DNA from: Mytilus californianus
Lineage: Eukaryota
DNA: 64,000 nucleotides
NCBI RefSeq assembly: GCF_021869535.1
Contig: NW_026262701.1
Span: 102,796,001-102,860,000 of the forward strand
Direction of reading: 5' to 3'
This document shows positions 12,941 to 26,000 of this stretch, piece by piece; the first letter of the stretch is position 1; every line of letters starts with the position of its first letter. Below the pieces are notes generated by a model. That model had not been told where the DNA came from. It did no database searches and was given only the letters and a program-made list of their open reading frames with translations. The translations under genes were made by a program, and so were the position numbers.

Positions 12941-15900
12941 GGAGGGGGGTCTGGGTCAATTTAAGACTTGTTCCAACCTGTCCTATTCAAACGTATACGA
13001 TCAAGTAGATCTTATTTTCTGTTATTGTCTTTTGATATATTTTTTATGTTTAATACAGTGTTTCGAGTTAAAATAAAAAATCAAATTATTCTTCAATCTT
13101 CAATCTTTGTCGTGATGACAGGGTAATCTCTCTTGTAAATTATCCTCTCTTGTAAAATTTTAATCACTAATGTAGTTTCTCCTTTGTACTTATTCGTGAA
13201 TCCATGGTAATTGTGTAAACTATGCAGACGCTCCGTGGAATTTCTTGGGATTTAAATGACAATGAAGTGCATCGCACTCCCTCACATACCAAAATGTTAA
13301 TCTGCAATTTTTCTTTATAATTTGGTAGTCATCATTATCTTAACTATAAGCTGAGGTCAATTCATGAAGTAAACAAGATTTTTCGTGTTTCGGCGTTCAA
13401 CATTCTTCTCCATAACAGTGCCCCGGATGTACACTGGTACTTTGGTATTTTTTACCTATTTCCCCCTCCCTAGGATCTTCAATTCATGAACAAGTTACCA
13501 GATAAAATAAGATGTGACTGGTTTGTTTCCTCGAGGAACATAGAAAAATATAACCAAATACTAAAAAGTTCTTCAAATTATTAATCACAACGTTCTAAAA
13601 CTAACTACAAAGAACTAAGAAAGTCCTCATCTAACAGTCGACTGATTACCTCAAAAAGAACAAAGTCCTTTTAAGGCAATATAAACTGCATCTATATTTC
13701 AATTGCGCTTATGTTAAACTTATAAAGTCGTAAGTAGGCTCTTTAAGGTACATTGTTGTGCTTTATTTATGTTGAACGATTAAAATTATTTTTATATCTT
13801 ATATGTTTCTGTGAATTAATAATCTTACTAGCACTTTATTAATATTTTTTCGTTCGATTACATCCCTTGGCATTCAACTTCGACTTTTCTTCTTTTCATT
13901 CTTCATTAGATCGTAAAAAATATGGTAATGTGAATATGTTAAATCACAGAGTATCGTGACACAACTAACATAAGCTCTGTTGGTATATGTATTTTAAAGT
14001 GATTATGACACAGGCGCTTGGATAACCCCCCCTTTTTCTTAATAATTGTTATTTTGTGTTTTAATTTTTTATTTAGTTATATCTTTTAACATGTTTAATA
14101 ATGTTACATATTTTCACTTCTTTGATCGAATTAGGTGTGCGAAGCCTGATGAGAGAAGAACTAAAATTTCTAACACAAATTTTCTTGGTGACATTTGTTG
14201 GGTACAAAGACAAAGTATATATAAATTGTAGTGTTACTTAGCCCTGTAATTTGTAAAACCTACATGTATTGTTACACGATGGAGAAAGTCTGCCATGAAG
14301 TTGTCACATATTAAGACTTATAATGAAATAATATTGACGTGCCTGCATGATTAATAAAGGCAGATCTTGGTTTTGTCTGTTCTAATAATTCTTTGCCAAA
14401 ACTTATGTTAAATCTTTTCAGACCAAGTTGAGATGATAGAAGACGAAGTCTTCATTACAGTAGAAAAGTCTAAATAAAGTTAATCAAAATTTTCTATTTT
14501 TTGTCACCACGTCCACATGCACAATTTTGCTTGCCGGGAACATGTATCAGTCAGGGGTATATCTGTTTTTTTTAAGGATTGTCCCCTAACATCATAAATC
14601 ATACTATTTCCTGAAAATATGTATATCCAACATGTCTGATTTATTAATTTATACCACAAAGTATAATGCCAATAGAATAATGTGGACTTCTTACTCTTTC
14701 ACAGGTAACACCTGCCTCATTTAAAGGGACATTAGTTACGAAAACGACCAAAAAATTAAAATTGATGATTTTTTTTTTGTTTCAAATATTTATTAAAGTC
14801 ATGAAAGTGGAATATAGAAATATTTTTTCACAATGAGTAGTCAGTTTGGTTCAATTTAGTCAAAATAAGCCAGAAAAAGCACTGGTGTATTATTGACGTG
14901 CAAGTCAATAATTCAACTCATTTGAATCTGTATTCATGTAATCTTTAATTTGACCTTTAGAGGAGATGTGTTTAGCATGTATTAAGCATGTTCATTCATT
15001 TAAAAGAAAAGTATGTCAACATTAAAAATTGAAACAAGGCAGACTCTAGAAATAACCATTCGTTGACTAACCTGGCCCACAAAAAATCATTTCTATACAG
15101 GTTAATGATTTTCATATATATATAACCTATAACATGAAATCAAACAGACCTCATGGACCTAGAAAAATCTGATTGCACTTGCTTGCTACCTATTTATATT
15201 CATATTTATGTTTGATATCTCAAAAGGAGTTCCATAACCTATCAATATTTTTAGCGTATTGTGTTCATTAACTAATGCTCTTCTGATTTATACTGGTAGT
15301 ATCAATTTTAAATTCCAGATTTTTTTAATTTCACATGACTACATCCTTAAATCATTTTATTCATTTTTACATGTATGTTTTACCATAGATATAATAGCCA
15401 TAGATAAAGTACTGAACCCACATCAAAAGCAGATGATATTTGCCGAAATTTTATCACCCTCTTATTATATACATGTCACGCTTGGTGTTAATTAGCCTTC
15501 ATTGGCAATTGCCGTCTATCAATATCTAATAAATTGTGAATCGGGAGAGTAATATGTCATTCTTCGGACAAGTTCGGTAGTTATCGTTATCTTCCGGTAC
15601 ATCATTTTTTTTTGGAATGTTTATATTACATGCTTAAAATACAAGTCAAGGTGATAGATGTATAATTACATTGTTCTTATAAGTCCTGAATATTCATCAA
15701 ATATTTTCCACCGAACGTTGTGAAATCAACGATCATATAATAAATCACAGTAATAGAAAATACACAACTAGTTTCATACCAAACCAAAGAAGTTATAAAA
15801 ATAAAGTACACAAAAAGTACGTTGACAACTAAACGGGCAGACTTACGGAGGGTTATATAGCCGTATTTTAAATTTATAGTACGAATAACACCCCTAACAC

Positions 15901-17051
15901 AATTCTAAGAAGGATATATATTGTTTACTTCAAAAATGAAATCGACAATCAGATTAAACCATCCGCTATTTAATTGCAAAACAAGCAACAACAAAAATGT
16001 AAGCGGAAAAGTATTATATATATAAAAGAAAAAAAATCAGAGACATGATAATTGTGCTATTTCCCAATTATTTAATGTATTCAGTATGTCCACCACTTAC
16101 GTTTTCTTCACCAAACGGCGTTTTAAAATTTATAATGTATTCATTTTTTTTTTCTCTTTATTTTTCAAAAACTTCGTGTTACCGTTACGACAGAAAGTGT
16201 CAACACTTTTTTTGTGTTCTATATAATAATTTCGTTTTTCTGGTCTAAAATGTGATTATACTGTTTTGAATCTCGATAAAAAAGAATTGTCTTTAACTCG
16301 CCATAGAAAAATTCGACCAGGTTCGACCTCTTAACCACGTATACCATCAGTAGTTGATATGTCTCCTCTTGTCAATCATACAGGTCTTATTTCCCGAGTG
16401 CAACCGATGCAAGTGCTATGTTAATTTAATTTTACATGCCTGTTAAGTCCATTTTCCATAATTTCTCTATTTTATTATTTCAAAAACAGCATAACCTTTT
16501 TATTTGTTGACCGATTTTTTCCAAATAAATTACAATCCGAACAATTTTTACAACCAGACGCTTTTCATTGCTACCGCCTCACGGCATATTTTTACTTGAG
16601 ACAGGTAACGCATATTAATTATCAGCTGATAAGACGCGTGCCCGATAATTTAAATATAATTATGATAAGAAATTAGTCTATTGGGAGGATATCGGCAGAT
16701 ATCATCTACATCACAGGCCACTTCGCGCCGTGCCGTGCGTTTGATATTTCAAAGGAAACTACATGGGGCTCAGTGTGATATACTCTGAGTACTTTATCTA
16801 TGGCTATTATATCTATGGTTTTACCCTCTTTTTAAAACAAATTATAAAATTATTATTTAAACAACAGAAGAATACAGCATGGTGATGTGTAGTCTATTAT
16901 GGTTTTATACATATGTTGTTGACTACACATTCAGTCAAGTCCTTTTGTTTACGCTGATTAATATTTTATTTGATTAATATTTTATTAGAAATTCATTTAC
17001 AATCCTTAATTTTCTAAGTAATCTCATATTTTATATTATATAGATGTAACC

Positions 17052-20000
17052 ATGACAACAGCAGATGTCCAGTTTGAAGCATCAGATGAGTCCTCAGAAA
17101 ATGAATTATTAGAACGTAGTTTATCTGTATGGCATGGCTGGGATGTCAAAGATGAATCATCAATACCTCTAGATCTTCATACAGCCTCTAGTATAGGCCA
17201 TTATGACAGTGTTAAGTCCTTTATATCCAGGTAATCTCAATACCTCTAGATCTTCATACAGCCTCTAGTAAAGGCCATTTTGACAGTGTGAAGTCAATCC
17301 CGATACCTCTAGATCTTCATACAGCCTCTAGTAAAGGCCATTATGAGAGTATTAAGTCAATCTCAATACCTCTATATCTTCATACAGCCTCTAGTATAGT
17401 CCATCATGACAGTGTTAAGCCATTTATATCCAGATAATCTCAATACCTCTAAATCCTCATACAGCCTCTTAGTATAGGCCATTATGACAGTGTTAAGTTG
17501 TTTATATCCAGGTAATTTCAATACCCTGGTACCTCTAGATCTTCATACAGCCTCTAGTAAAGGCTATTATGACAATGTGAAGTCATTTATATTCAGGTAA
17601 TCTCAATACCTCTATATCTTCATACGCCTCTTGTATAGGCCATTCTGACAGTGTTAAGTTGTTTATATTGAGGTAATTTCAATACCTCTAGATTTTCATA
17701 CAGCCTCTAGTGTAGGCCATTATGACAATGTTAAGTCGTTTATATCCAGGTAATTTCAATACCTCTAGATTTACATACAACCTCTATTATAGGTCATTAT
17801 AACAGTGTTAAGTCGTTTATATCCAGGTAATCTCAATACCTCTAGATCTTCATAGATATAACCATTTTGTGTTTGTTTTTGCATAAACTATAGTATGGTA
17901 GATAGATAGAAACTGTAAAAAGCTAAAATTATCAACTGGACACAAACTACAAATCAATCAAACATGCCGGAAATCATCAGTCTACTCCTTACAGGAGTTA
18001 TTGCCCTTGAAAGATGATATTACATATTTTGGTGTTTTTTCTTGAAACTATTTGAAACATTCTCATTGCGTTGTATCAATTTTATGCAAAATTGGCAGGT
18101 GAGCGATATAGGATCCTTGGACCTTCTAGTTTCATTTTTTGTTAACACCAATAAATCATAAAATCTGGCATAAGATTTAGTGTATTTTTAGCTCTCCTGG
18201 CCCAAAAGGCCAAGTATGCTTTTCTCATCACTTATTGTTCTTTGTCGGCATCCGTTAACTTTTACAAAAATCTTCTCTTCTGAAACTACTGGGCTAATTG
18301 GAACCAGAATTTGCCACAATCAACATTTGGGGTATCTAGTTTAAAAAATGTGTCTGATGACCCTGCCTGCCAACCAACATGGCCAAAAGGGCTAAACATA
18401 GGGGTAAAATGCAATGTTTGGCTATTATCTTGAAAACCATTAGAAATAAAGAAAATTTGACATGGCAAAAATGTTCAGAATGATGAGATCTACCTAATGT
18501 TTATTGACATCAAAACTGTCAGACAACTTCTTAGAGGAGTTATTGCCCTTTAACAACAAATTTTACCAATTTTTTCATTTTTGCCCATTATCTTGAAAAT
18601 TATAATAGATAGATAGAAACTTTATATAACAAAAATGATCATCAAGACAAAATCTATAAATAAGATAAAACATGATCAAAATTGTTGGTTGACACTTTAT
18701 AGAAGTTTTTGCCCTTTAATGACGATTATTCCAGGTTTTTTTTGCAATTTTGCTTATTATCTTGAAAACTATAATAGAAAGTATGAAATTTTGAATACCA
18801 GAAATAATCAGCAAGACAAGATCCATAGATAAGTCAGTACGACCAAAGTCGTTGGTCAACTCCTTATTGAAGTCATTTCCCTTTTTTGATGTTTTTTTTT
18901 CCAATATTTCATTTTTGCCTATTATCTTGAAAACTATAATAGATCATGTAGATAGATAGAAACTTTAAAAAGCAAAAATGATCGGCAAGCCAAGGTCTAC
19001 ACATTAGCCATCATTGTCGAAATTTTCAGTCAACTCTTTGTTGGAGTTATTGCCTATAATTTTTACCATTTTGTTTGTTTTTTTTGCCTTTTAAATTGAA
19101 AATTATAATAGATAAATAGAAACTTTAAAAAAGAAAAAAATTATCAGCAGGATAATTTCTACAAATACATCAATATGACTGAAATTGTGAGTTAACTCTT
19201 AATACTGTTATTCCCTTATAAAGATAATTTTTTACAAAAAAGTGGAAATTGTTGAAGATGCAGGCGAGTCTTTAATTTTTTACATCAGTATAACTTGGGA
19301 AATTACATATATATAAATATTAATGATCATTATCTCATATTGATTTGGGCTGCAATATATTCATTTGTATATATGTATGAGTTAAATAGGATGGGAAAAG
19401 TCAGACATACAAATTACATATATCTAAATTTGTTTTATCTTCATTAAGCATGATTAGAAATGCTTAAAGTCAAATGTTTGAAAAGCCAAAGATGTATTGT
19501 ACTTATACTTTGGGGGGTTAAAGTCAAAAGGGGCTTGAATGGAATTTTCTATGGTCAGCAAGAGTTTTATTCTTTGATTTTTGAAACTACAGAATTATCC
19601 ACTAATGGATAAGATAATCTAGATTAAGACCAAAGTACTGTTTTGTAATGAGGGACAGTGTAATATTTTTTGTTCACTTTACATTTACAGAAAGGTTGAT
19701 TTAGACAAGAAGAATAGAGGAGGATGGACACCTTTAATGTATGCATGTTACATTGGGCATGACAATATAGTGAACCTTCTACTAGAAGCCTCTGTTGGTG
19801 TCAATGAACAAAACAATAAAGGACAGACTCCACTCATGTTAGCTGCTAGCTGTGGAAATGAAAGTGTTGCTTACTTTGTTTACCAGGTAACATTAAAATT
19901 AAGATTTGGTAAATTTGGTAAATAAATGCTTCAGAATACATGTGTATAAAAGAATATGTGGGGTAAACCTCAATGACAGCAACCCAAAGACAAAAATATC

Positions 20001-23000
20001 CAAAAGACGTATGGACACGAGACAATGCACTGAAACAACAACATTTCTCATACATGCATTTGTAAATTAAAAAGTTATTGCAATGTTGTAACAGAATTTT
20101 CTTATCATTAAGAAAACGCAATATTTTTATGCCCCACCTAGGGGCATTATGTTTTTCGGTCTGTGCGTCCTTTCATCCGTTCGTCAGTCCGTCTGTCCCG
20201 CTTCAGGTTAAAGTTTTTGGTCAAGGCAATTTTTGATGAAGTTGAAGTCCAATCAACTTGAAACTTAGTACACATGTTCCCCTTTATATGATCTTTCTAA
20301 TTTTAATGCCAAATTAGAGTTTTGACCCCAATTTCACGGTCCATTGAACATAGAAAATGATAGTGCGAGTGGGGCATCTGTGAACTATGGACACATTCTT
20401 GTTTTACATTGTCCCCAGCATGGGCTTTTGCTGTGGGATATACCGTAAGGGTGTTGGTTATATGTACACAACACATTAATACTCAGAGACTGTTTGACAG
20501 AAACCTTGCATACTTGGTAGGAATATTTTCTTGATCATACTATACTGTTAGTTTGATTTGACCATTTTTACAGGAGTTTTGGGACTTTGATTTTTATACG
20601 ACCGCAAAAATTAAAAAAATTTTTGTCGTATATTGGTATCAAGTTGTCGTCGTCGTCGTCCGTCGTCGTCGTCAGCGTTGTCTGAAGACAGATGGTTTCC
20701 GGATAATAACTTTAGTATAAGTAAATAGAAATCAATAAAATTTTAACACAAGGTTTATAAACACTAAAGGAAGGTTGGGATTGATTTTGGGTGTTATGGT
20801 CCCAACTGTTTAGGAATTAGGGGCCAAAAAGGGGCCAAAATAAGCATTTTTGTAGTTTCCAGACAATAACTTGTGTTAAAGTGTATGAATCTCTCTGAAA
20901 TTATACCACAAGTTTCCATACTACAAAGGGATGGTTAGGATTGACTTTGGGGGGCTATGGCTCAAACCAATTAGTAATCAGGGGCAAAAAAAGGGGAAAA
21001 ACAAGGGTTTTTTCTGGTTAAAGGACAAATGAGACAATTTAAAAGCAGTGTAAGGGAGGTAATCCAAATCAATTAAAAGAACACTGTTTGATTACCTCCC
21101 TTACACTGCTTGTAAATTATGTATTAAGAAATGATGATTGTTTTGAGGTGTCAATTTATTTTTAGCAGTTACTATTAATTAATATTAATTTTAGCCATGA
21201 CTATGTATGTCATTTTATATTTTAAAACTTTTATGATGTATTTAAATGGGTAATTATGGTTGCAAACTCCATTAGAAATTTGAATTGAGATACTGACCAT
21301 ATCTTGAGGGAAAGTTTTTTTTTGGAGAATAAGGGAAAGGGGGGAGGTGAAAAAAATTGGAGGGGGGGGGGACAATTTTTCTCATTTCAGATTTCAGAAA
21401 TTAAAAGAAAATTTCTTCAAATATTTTTTTATGGGGGTTAATACTCAACAGCATAGTGTATTGCACAAAAGCAAAAAACCGGGGTAAAATTTTTTTTTTT
21501 TGGGGGTGGGGGGGGGGGGGGGTCAATTTGCAACAGCATAGTGTATTGCTCAAAAGCAAAAATTTGAATATAAATTCAAATCATATAACCAATTTGAAGT
21601 TCTTTGACTACAGTTATTCTGTGTCAGAAACCTATTATGTGTCAAAAATTTAGTTACAATCCAAATTCAGACCTGTATCAAGCGTGAATATTGTGTCCAT
21701 TTTGGCCCCAACTTTTCAGGGTTGGACATCTGCGTTCGTATCCAGCTGTGCTCAGCGAAGCAATTTATTTTTTACTATCCTACCACAATGACACCTTGTG
21801 AAAGCGGCTCCCCTGACACTGTTTGACAGAAAGCTCTCATACTTGGTAGAATTGATTGAGATCATGTGTTATTCACCATATTGTACTGTTCTTATGATTC
21901 CACAATTTAATGGGAGAAATGGGACTTTGCCTATTTTTAAGGCTTTTGTACCATAATGACTCCATAATATATCCACATATAGGGGCCTCGGTGGCCGAGT
22001 GGTCTAAGTAGTTACTACTGTAATCACTAGCCAGTCAACACTGAGGTTGTGAGTTCGAATCCCGCACGGGGCAGGTGCACTCGACTCCAATCTTAATTGA
22101 CTAGGATTGTCAGTTTTCCTATCGAAGGTCTGTGGTTTTCTCCGGGCATTCCGGCTTCCTCCACCAATAAAAACTGGCCGCCATGAAATTGCCCAAAAGC
22201 GTTGCTTAAAAGTGGCTTTAAAATACAAAAAAAAAATTAAAAAAAAAAATATATCCACATAATATTATTCCTTTTTTACACAGAGGCAGGGGACATTTTA
22301 CTATCGCACAGCAATCTTCTCTAGTAATTAGTAACAACTTAGTTTTTTAAATTTAATATTTTAGATGGTTTCCATATGAATTCACAATTATAAATTGTAT
22401 GCATTACCAGCAATTTCTGGCCATAAAAATACTTGAGAGAAAGTCAAATACTGTTAAACAATGGTATTGAAATCCTATTTTATTAATTGATAAGGTTAAG
22501 ATTTACAAATGAATTAGGAATTGAAATTGTTATTTATATGTTACAGCAAGGAGGCGACTTAGAAGCTAGAGACAGAAAAGGATGGACAGCCTTATTTCAT
22601 GCAACATATGCTGGACATCAGAATGTTGTGAAATTTCTTTTAGAACAAGGAGCTCATATCAATGCCGTGTAAGTGTAGGTTGTTACTTCTCCTAGAACAG
22701 GGAGCTCATATTAATGCTGTGTAAGTGTAGGCTGTAACTTCTCCTAGAACAAGGAGCTCATATCAATGCTGTGTAAGTGTAGGCTGTTACTTCTCCTAGA
22801 ACAAGGAGCTCATATCAATGCTGTGTAAGTGTAGGCTGTAACTTCTCCTAGAACAAGGAGCTCATACCAATGCTGTGTAAGTGTAGGTTGTTACTTCTTC
22901 TAGAACAAGGAGCTCATATCAATCCTATGTAAGTGTAGACTGTTACTTCTCCTAGAACAAGGAGCTCATATCAATCCTTTGTAAGTGTAGACTGTTACTT

Positions 23001-26000
23001 CTAGAACAAGGAGCTCATATCAATGCTGTGTATGTGTAGGCTGTTACTTCTCCTAGAACAAGGAGCTCATATCAATGCTGTGTAAGTGTAGGCTGTTACC
23101 TGTCCTAGAATAAGGAGCTCATGTCAATGCTGTATAAGTGTAGGCTGTTACTTCTCCTAGAACAAGGAGCTTTTGTCAATGCTGTTTAAGTGTAGGCTGT
23201 TACATCTCCTAGAACAAGGAACTCATATCAATGCTGTGTAAGTGTAGGCTGTTACTTCTCCTAGAACGAGGAGCTCATATCAATGCTTTGTAAGTGTAGG
23301 TTGTTACTTCTCCTAGAACAAGGAGCTCATATCAATGCTGTGTAAGTATGGGCTGTTACTTCTCCTAGAACAAGCAGCTCATGTCAATTCTGTGTAAGTG
23401 TAGGCTGTTACTACTCTAAAAACAAGGAGCTCATATCAATGCTGTGTATGTGTAGGCTGTTACTGCTCCTAGAACAAGGAGCTCATGTCAATTCTGTGTA
23501 AGTGTAGGCTGTTACTTTTCCTAGAACAAGGAGCTCATGTCAATGCTGTATAAGTGTAGGCTGTTACTTCTCCTAGAACAAGGAGCTCTTGTCAATGCTG
23601 TGTAAGTGTAGGCTGTTACATATCCTGGAACAAGGAGCTCATATCAATGCTGTGTAAGTGTAGGCTGTTACTTCTCCTAGAACGAGGAGCTCATATCAAT
23701 GCTTTGTAAGTGTAGGTTGTTACTTCTCCTAGAACAAGGAGCTCATATCAATGCTGTGTAAGTATGGGCTGTTACTTTTCCTAGAACTAGGAGCTCATGT
23801 CAATCCTATGTAAGTGTAGACTGTTACTTCTCCTTGAACAAGGAGCTCATGTCAATTCTGTGTAAGTGTAGGCTGTTACTTCTCCTAGAACAAGCAGCTC
23901 ATGCCAATGCTATGTAAGTGTTGGTTGCTACTTCTCCTAGAATGAGGAGCTCATGCCAATGCTGTGTAAGTGTAGGCTGTTACTTCTCCTAGAACGAGGA
24001 GCTCATATCAATGCTTTGTAAGTGTAGGTTGTTACTTCTCCTAGAACAAGGAGCTCATATCAATGCTGTGTAAGTATGGGCTGTTACTTTTCCTAGAACT
24101 AGGAGCTCATGTCAATCCTATGTAAGTGTAGACTGTTACTTCTCCTTGAACAAGGAGCTCATGTCAATTCTGTGTAAGTGTAGGCTGTTACTTCTCCTAG
24201 AACAAGCAGCTCATGCCAATGCTATGTAAGTGTTGGTTGCTACTTCTCCTAGAACGAGGAGCTCATGCCAATGCTTTGTAAGTGTAGGTTGTTACTTCTC
24301 CTAGAACAAGGAGCTCATATCAATGCTGTGTAAGTGTATGTTGTTACTTCTCCTAGAACAAGGAGCTCATATCAATGCTGTGTAAGTGTATGTTGTTACT
24401 TCTCCTAGAACAAGGTGCTCATATCAATGCTGTGTAAGTGTATGTTGTTACTTCTCCTAGAACAAGGAGCTCATATCAATGCTGTGTAAGTGTAGGTTGT
24501 TACTTCTCTTAGAACAAGGAGCTCATATCAATGCTGTGTAAGTGTATGTTGTTACTACTCTAAGAACAAGGAGCTCATACCAATGCTGCCTTGGCTGTTC
24601 TCTATTTTGTCCAAAAACTATGTGCAAAATAGCAACTTTTGGTGTGCTTATGACATCATAAGTGAAACCTTTGCTCTAAAGTGTCTATATTATATTACTC
24701 TATTCATTCACTTACACAATTAACATAATTTTGAAAGTATTGAATAATTTTACTATTTTTGCAATTTCTGATGTCAAAAATGGCTTTTAAGCATCATACC
24801 TCCTCCTTTTGCAAAAGCTTCATATATTCCTTATCTTATTTGTTTCTTTACAGAGAACCTATTCATGGATTAACTCCCTTTATGGAGGCTGCAGCTGAAG
24901 GTCATGAAAAGATTGTACAGTTATTTCTCCAACATGTATGTTAGACAGTTAATTACTGCAGATAGGAACACTAATTTGTAAAAGGTTGCATAAACTGGAC
25001 TAACAGAATTATTATAAGCTCTGCTCAAATTCATTGAGAACATAATGTTTAAACCTTGTCCATCTCTATGTCACAAAATTGGTATTCATTTATCTTCAAT
25101 TCTCCATGACTAATTTGTTTAAAATTTTGAAATGCTGTTAGGAAGGAATGAACACAGATTGAGTGTGAATATGACAAATTTCACAAATGTAGTTTCATCA
25201 AAACAATAATTTCCATTGAAAATGGACATATTTCTGGTAAATTTCCAATCTTGACATAGTTCTTGTTCTTATATATTTTCACAACCCTCTCAAAATCTTG
25301 GATCTGCACTTGGTAACAATTATATAGGTCAGGTACTCTTTTCACCAAAAATCTTACGTTTGTAAGTTATACTGAAAAGTGCATGACATACTAGAATTTT
25401 ACTTAAGTAATTTTGTGTAAAAATAGCCACAGGTGTACAAAATGGTATTTTATCTTCCTATAAAAACTAAAATTTATGAAAACAAGTGTACTGACAATTC
25501 TTTTTAGGCATTAATCAATGCTTAGAATAGTCATTAAGGACAGGAATACTTACAATCAAATATACATGAACATTATAACCTTTTTTATGGCTCTGCTTCA
25601 AACACCTTTGGATAATTAATTTCTTGCAGTATAAATTTTACTTCAATATGTTTCAGAGAGCACATATAAATGCCAAGTCCTATAAAAATGAAACAGCGAG
25701 ATCATTAGCACTGGTATATAACCATGTAGCAATCGTCAACTTGATAGATAATGCTCTGCGTCCTGGAGTTTCATTACGTTCAGAGCCAGGTAGGTAGATT
25801 AGACGATGTGTCTTAGAGTTTCTATACGTTCAGAGCCAGGTAACTAAATAAGGCTATGTGTCTTGGAGTTACATTTAGATTAGTGCAAGAAAGGTAGAAA
25901 AAGCTGTGTCCTGGTGTTTCACTTCGTTCAGAGACAGGAAGGTTGACAATGCTATGTCCTGGGGTTTCACTTTGTTCAGAGACAGGTAGGTAGACAATGC

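Noticed and set aside
14143-14170. CTGATGAG as a hammerhead ribozyme core
   Set aside because: No stem II followed by GAAA and no closing helices visible.
13470-14460. Possible small plus-strand exons (13473, 14134, 14421)
   Set aside because: Phases are inconsistent, stops occur, and no recognisable protein results.
21980-22075. tRNA gene
   Set aside because: A and B boxes are present but no cloverleaf; it continues into a SINE body, tail and TSD.
22641-24588. CRISPR-like appearance of the regular short-period arrays (also 29753-31113 and 47290-55420)
   Set aside because: No unique spacers, units are head-to-tail copies, no cas genes, eukaryotic intron context.
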